Virus record (IMG/VR): IMGVR_UViG_3300023238_000005
Span: 32,001-96,000 of that record
Direction: 5' to 3' (one strand)
Source of the DNA: a virus
DNA length: 64,000 bases
Shown here: piece by piece, positions 59,485-64,000 of the stretch
How positions within the stretch are numbered: position 1 is the first letter of the stretch
Layout of the letters: each line of letters begins with the position of its first letter
The notes under the pieces: model-generated
Databases searched by the model: none
What the model was told of the DNA's origin: nothing
Seen by the model: the letters and a program-made list of their open reading frames with translations, nothing else
Made by a program: the position numbers and the translations under genes

Positions 59485-60243
59485 ATGTCAATTAAAGATT
59501 TGAGTTTCAATGAACGATCCTTACTGTTTGCTAAGTTATCAAGCATAGCATATAGTAACATAAAAGAAGTAAAACGTCAAGCAAAACAACTTGGCTTTAC
59601 AACTGTGGAATATTATGACAAGGAAGGGGCTCAGGCATATCGCTTGATGAACAAGATAGACTTAGTAATTGCATGTCGAGGTACGCAACCTAGTGAATTT
59701 GCTGATATAGCGGCAGACCTAAAAGCAACTCCAGTTAAAGCAGAAACAATTAGCAGAGTACACAGAGGATTCAAACAACAAGTAGATGACTTATGGCCAA
59801 TGATAGTTGAAGACATTGCTCGTCCTGTTAACATGAAGAAAACACTTTGGTTTTGTGGACATAGCTTAGGTGCTGGAATGGCAACTATTATGTCTTCAAG
59901 AGCAAAGTTTAACAAAGATCTTAACGATCCTATTGAGCTGTATACATACGGATGTCCGCGTGTAGGCTGGCATGCATATGCAAAAAGTTTAGGAGTTGTA
60001 CATCATAGATGGAGAAACAATAATGACATCGTCACTACTGTTCCTCTTGCTATAATGGGATACAAACATTGTGGCACTCAGCATTACATTAATGCATACG
60101 GTAATAAACGCACACCCACAGGCTGGCAAATGTTTAAAGACAGATGGCGTGGCATGTGGATGGGCATCAAGCAAGGCAAGATTGATAACTTTAGCGATCA
60201 TTCAATAGTTGAGTACATCCATCACTTAAAAAACTTAGATTAA
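59485..60243 (+). CDS. class 3 lipase
   Basis: RGT, VH.GF, GHSLG, YTYG.PRVG, N..DIV..VP, DH; TATAAATA and GGAGG upstream. Confidence 0.92.
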   Translation: MSIKDLSFNERSLLFAKLSSIAYSNIKEVKRQAKQLGFTTVEYYDKEGAQAYRLMNKIDLVIACRGTQPSEFADIAADLKATPVKAETISRVHRGFKQQVDDLWPMIVEDIARPVNMKKTLWFCGHSLGAGMATIMSSRAKFNKDLNDPIELYTYGCPRVGWHAYAKSLGVVHHRWRNNNDIVTTVPLAIMGYKHCGTQHYINAYGNKRTPTGWQMFKDRWRGMWMGIKQGKIDNFSDHSIVEYIHHLKNLD

Positions 60244-60767
60244 TCCCAAAGGTTTTCGTAGTACTTTCCAAACAGTTTGAAGCCGTTTGTCATGCGTTCT
60301 TGGTGTGCTTTTGCACCGTCACGATCTTCCCATACAAGTTTCAATCCAAATAGACTGGTAGGATCTTTAGATTCCTCTGGTCCCATTTCTCTATACTCGT
60401 AATAGTCACCTTGCCAATCATCTTTACACTTTTGTTCGAACGCCCAAATCATTTCGCCCATGATCCAATCCCAACGTTCAAAGTGATGAGGATCAACATC
60501 GCCTGTTTTACCATATGCGGCTAGTTGTTTTTTAGTAGCACGAAGTTCTTTTGGTACATCTAGCATCTCTACCATTGGAGCACCATGTTTAGTTTCTTGT
60601 AACTGTACAAGCATAGGTAGGATAATAGGAGCAAGGGTATGATCCATACTCCAGGTATCAAAGTCATCTATATGAACAGACACTTTAGGCTCGTTTTTAA
60701 TTCCCAACTTATACAGGAAGTTGTGATACCAACGATGTGTCGGGTATGGTCCTATTTTAACTTTCAT
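60240..60767 (-). CDS. hypothetical protein, paralogue of 14017-14736
   Basis: Shared motifs. Confidence 0.75.
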   Translation of the reverse strand: MKVKIGPYPTHRWYHNFLYKLGIKNEPKVSVHIDDFDTWSMDHTLAPIILPMLVQLQETKHGAPMVEMLDVPKELRATKKQLAAYGKTGDVDPHHFERWDWIMGEMIWAFEQKCKDDWQGDYYEYREMGPEESKDPTSLFGLKLVWEDRDGAKAHQERMTNGFKLFGKYYENLWD

Positions 60768-61141
60768 TAGTTCTTCCACCACCTTATCTTTTTACCATAA
60801 TCATTTTCAAATTGTTCTATGAGAGAGTCTTTTGATACAAGCTCTTTAGACTCAAAATCATCTAACCATTCACTTAATGCGTTCCAATCCTCACCGTGCA
60901 TCACCGCTAGACCATATTCGAAACCATATGGTTCATCTGGAACGCCACGAATATCTATTCTACCACCAGCATAATGTGTGGTTATTTCATCATACTCTAT
61001 TGTGTCACCAGGAGAGTATCCTTTGATGATGTCAGAGGTCACTGTGTGAGTTGCTTTGTGAGTAAGTCCTCTTTCAGTATACCAACTCGTATGCCAAGGA
61101 CCCATCATGTTTGTGCTATAACTAATCATCCCATTCTCCAA
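60767..61141 (-). CDS. hypothetical protein
   Basis: Coupled ORF. Confidence 0.6.
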   Translation of the reverse strand: MENGMISYSTNMMGPWHTSWYTERGLTHKATHTVTSDIIKGYSPGDTIEYDEITTHYAGGRIDIRGVPDEPYGFEYGLAVMHGEDWNALSEWLDDFESKELVSKDSLIEQFENDYGKKIRWWKN

Positions 61142-61325
61142 ATATTTTAGGTGCTTGCTTTTCAGCTTCTTCCATATGATATTCGCCTGGGTAATGCTTT
61201 AGGCAACGATATGCTTCTTTTCGTACAGCACTCGGTACTCGTGGTGTCTTCGTAGGATCCAGTAAGTCAACTAGAAATTGTCTAGTATAGTTAACAGCAT
61301 TCCTTCTTTCATTCGGCATAGTCAT
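61122..61325 (-). CDS. hypothetical phage protein
   Basis: MT.P.ER..AV...TPRVP..VR..A...L.HYP motif. Confidence 0.7.
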   Translation of the reverse strand: MTMPNERRNAVNYTRQFLVDLLDPTKTPRVPSAVRKEAYRCLKHYPGEYHMEEAEKQAPKIFGEWDD

Positions 61326-61533
61326 AACTTACTACCTTTACGTTGTGTTCCTTTCCAGGAATAGAAAATATATTAGCATAATCTAATGCTTTGTTAATAT
61401 CATTAAATACTATTGGTTCTATATTAAACATATTACATTTACCGTTGTCTTTTGTAATGAACAACCAGTCGTCTTGATCGGTAGTCAAACAAACCATAAT
61501 AGCCCATTTACCATTTGTCATATCAGTTATCAT
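61309..61533 (-). CDS. hypothetical protein
   Basis: Coupled ORF. Confidence 0.55.
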   Translation of the reverse strand: MITDMTNGKWAIMVCLTTDQDDWLFITKDNGKCNMFNIEPIVFNDINKALDYANIFSIPGKEHNVKVVSYDYAE

Positions 61534-61538
61534 TCCTG

Positions 61539-62477
61539 TTATCCAAATAAACTGCTAACTGACTCTTCGTTAGTTATACGACGAATTGCTTCACCAAACA
61601 AAGGCGCGACACTAACCTGTCGTGTCTTTTTGCAGTTTTTAGGACAGCGGTCTTTTATTGTGTCTGCAATTACTAGTTCTGTAAGCTGGCTTTTTTCAAC
61701 CTTCTCACATGCTTCGCCACTTAGTACACCATGTGTAATATATGCACGAACTGACAATGCGCCTGCATCCATAATTGCTTTAGCTGCATTGCATAGTGTG
61801 CCTCCGCTATCAATAATATCATCAACCATAATAGCGTGTTTACCTTTAACATCGCCTATCAAGTTCATAACTTCGCTTTTGCCTGCTGATGGTCGCATCT
61901 TGTCTACTATAGCAATGTCTGCGTGGAACATGTCTGCAAACTTTCTAGCACGAACAACACCACCAGCATCAGGGCTTACAAATACTGTACCTTCCTCAAT
62001 AATGACATTACGTTTAATATCTTTAGCAAATACCAAACGGCTTGTTAAGTCATCAACTGGGATATCAAAAAAGCCTTGAATCTGTCCAGCGTGTAAGTCC
62101 ATTGTAAGCACTCTATCTGCTCCTGCTGTTGTAAGCAAGTTAGCAACTAGTTTTGCTGTTATAGGGGTCCTACTGGCGCTCTTACGATCCTGTCTAGCAT
62201 ATCCAAAGTAAGGAATAACTGCTGTAATACGTTTGGCACTTGAGCGCCTTGCAGCATCAATCATAATTAACAGTTCCATTAAACTATCATTAACAGGAGT
62301 TGATGTACTTTGTATAATAAACACATCTTCTCCACGGATGTTGTCTAGAAACTCTACATTTATTTCACCATCGGCGAATGTCTTAATGGAACTCGGTACT
62401 AGCGGAGCAAACGAATGGTCCGCAATTTCTTGCGCTAATGCTGGATTAGCGTTACCGGCGATGATCTTCATTTTCAA
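61539..62477 (-). CDS. prs: ribose-phosphate pyrophosphokinase
   Basis: [43 protein letters not shown]. Confidence 0.97.
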   Translation of the reverse strand: MKMKIIAGNANPALAQEIADHSFAPLVPSSIKTFADGEINVEFLDNIRGEDVFIIQSTSTPVNDSLMELLIMIDAARRSSAKRITAVIPYFGYARQDRKSASRTPITAKLVANLLTTAGADRVLTMDLHAGQIQGFFDIPVDDLTSRLVFAKDIKRNVIIEEGTVFVSPDAGGVVRARKFADMFHADIAIVDKMRPSAGKSEVMNLIGDVKGKHAIMVDDIIDSGGTLCNAAKAIMDAGALSVRAYITHGVLSGEACEKVEKSQLTELVIADTIKDRCPKNCKKTRQVSVAPLFGEAIRRITNEESVSSLFG

Positions 62478-63223
62478 TCTATGTCCTCTCGAATGTTATT
62501 GTTATAGTTAATTGCTTCCTGGAGAATGCTAAGATCTACATCGTGTAGTCCTGCACTGTAGGTAATAGCTTTGGCATCTTTAGGAAAGCAGTGTCCGCCA
62601 TAGCCTCTGTTGGGTGTTACTCGTGTGTGACTGTTGCCTATGCGAAGATCATCACTAATACTACGTCTAACATGTTCATAGTCAGTGCCAGTAGCTTCGC
62701 ATAAGTCGTGTATTTGATTAAAGAAAGCAACTTTAGTTGCTAGGAATGCATTACGGAAATACTTTGTAAGTATTAGTTCTCTTGGCGGGCAGTGCCTAAC
62801 AGTTATGTTACCCATTGCCTTAATGAATATCTCTGCCCAGTATGATAAACTGCTGCCGCCCATTAGTAGTTCTTTTGTGTTAGCGAAGTCTTTTAGAGCC
62901 GTCTCTGCACGTAGGAACTCTGGACTAAATGTAATGTTACTGTTGGGATGCGATAGCATTAGTTCGTCCCATCCTTCTAAGCTGATTGTGCTTTTAATTA
63001 AAAACGGAACATCTAAGTTGCTATTAATAATATCATACACATTACTCATGTCACACTTGCCATTGTCGTCTGGAGTGCTTACGCATATAATGATTGCATC
63101 AGCGTGGCGCAAATCGTCAAAGTGTCCTAGTGCTGGATCACTAATCAATATATCAAAATAGTCTTTTAGAGCATTGTGATGCGCTTGGCCAACAAACCCG
63201 TATCCTGCAATTCCTATTCTCAT
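62474..63223 (-). CDS. UDP-glucose/GDP-mannose dehydrogenase family (short form lacking the C-terminal domain)
   Basis: G.GFVG, CV.TP, KST, PEFL, K...N.FLA.K, GYGG.CFPKD. Confidence 0.88.
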   Translation of the reverse strand: MRIGIAGYGFVGQAHHNALKDYFDILISDPALGHFDDLRHADAIIICVSTPDDNGKCDMSNVYDIINSNLDVPFLIKSTISLEGWDELMLSHPNSNITFSPEFLRAETALKDFANTKELLMGGSSLSYWAEIFIKAMGNITVRHCPPRELILTKYFRNAFLATKVAFFNQIHDLCEATGTDYEHVRRSISDDLRIGNSHTRVTPNRGYGGHCFPKDAKAITYSAGLHDVDLSILQEAINYNNNIREDID

Positions 63224-63675
63224 ACTGTAATTATAACACCATTGTAATATAAGTCAAGTTAAAAATTATAGCGTATGTCAGTTTTAATCACACTGTTATA
63301 CGTCGAGTCATTAGTTATTTCTATCTTGATGTCTTTACCACATCGCTCACGTTAAAGGTAGACTCGACGTTGTCTACTGATTATTTATACTACAACTATG
63401 TTTAGTATTTGTCAAGCGAATATTACGGTATGCAGCAAACGCATAACGGGTATTTGCAAATGTATTGTAAAAACCTGCCTTTTTCAGCTCTAAACGGTGT
63501 TTTATGCACGTTAAAGTGTATAAATAACATTGTTACGTAAAGTAGTACCTGGTACTGAAGAAGTATTAGAAGCTGCAAACAAGTTTATTGAATTTGTTAA
63601 CGGTAACAAGCCAAAATAATAATAAAGAGTAAAAAACGTCAGGACATAGTCCGGTGATACATTAGAGAAACAAGC

Positions 63676-63707
63676 AAGCCCTAGCATTGGAAACAGTGTT
63701 AGGGCTT
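63676..63707. terminator. hairpin between convergent units
   Basis: AAGCCCTAGCA-ttggaaacag-TGTTAGGGCTT. Confidence 0.65.
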
Positions 63708-63711
63708 AATC

Positions 63712-64000
63712 TTATGTCCAGGGACGACTTACTGCTAATGCACCTGTATTCTCATCATCGTCTGCATTATATGCATTTACTTCATAAGGGTTAGGAAGTC
63801 TGTTTTTATTGAATGTGTTTGCTGCTCTGTAATAAACTGCATCAGTATCGGCTGCTGCTAATCCTTTACGCTTTGCACTAGCAATAGCACCCTTTTGCTC
63901 TTGACGTTCTTCTTTGTTGCCAGTCTTTAATGGTGTACACAGGACTGCACTACCTTCTTCTAATCCTGCTGCTGTTAATGTCTTTGCACCATCATTAGTT
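63712..64000 (-). CDS. C-terminal part of a hypothetical protein (runs off window end)
   Basis: Open frame ending ...GALAVSRPWT-stop. Confidence 0.6.
   Translation of the reverse strand, partial: TNDGAKTLTAAGLEEGSAVLCTPLKTGNKEERQEQKGAIASAKRKGLAAADTDAVYYRAANTFNKNRLPNPYEVNAYNADDDENTGALAVSRPWT

Noticed and set aside
63530-63619. 29-codon plus-strand ORF (LLRKVVPGTEEVLEAANKFIEFVNGNKPK) after TATAAATA
   Set aside because: No SD and very short; may be a gene remnant or leaderless peptide but cannot be supported

Overview
A 64-kb segment of a large, AT-rich, lytic tailed phage (T4-like or jumbo myovirus type). It is almost entirely minus-strand coded, probably marine and probably infects an alphaproteobacterium (inferred from a circularly permuted two-piece tmRNA and a hemO-pcyX-type cassette). 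Left part: sigma70-type early promoters (TTGACA-N17-TATAAT/TATACT) drive DNA ligase, an HD (alarmone hydrolase-like) protein, a macrodomain, ClpP, TilS, a ParB-like/HNH pair, IF-1 and many small hypotheticals, with two patches of truncated or chimeric gene fragments. Middle: a three-gene exported/membrane cluster, a host-takeover block (bilin reductase, heme oxygenase, ClpS, Hsp20, GroEL/ES, GuaC, bS21), a cell-wall hydrolase, a thermonuclease, tmRNA and M15 peptidases. It also holds a heavily invaded class Ia ribonucleotide reductase locus: nrdA is in three pieces (one non-intein split with charge-complementary tails and one split intein), there are three free-standing homing endonucleases, and the nrdB 3' end is duplicated. 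Right part: late genes preceded by (T/G)ATAAATA, many with putative head-protease N-terminal motifs, a candidate -1 frameshift, an RNA-ligase-like plus Pol-beta nucleotidyltransferase pair, a lipase, Prs and a UDP-glucose dehydrogenase-like gene. No CRISPR array, tRNA or rRNA was recognised. All protein calls are from motif recognition by eye, not database searches.
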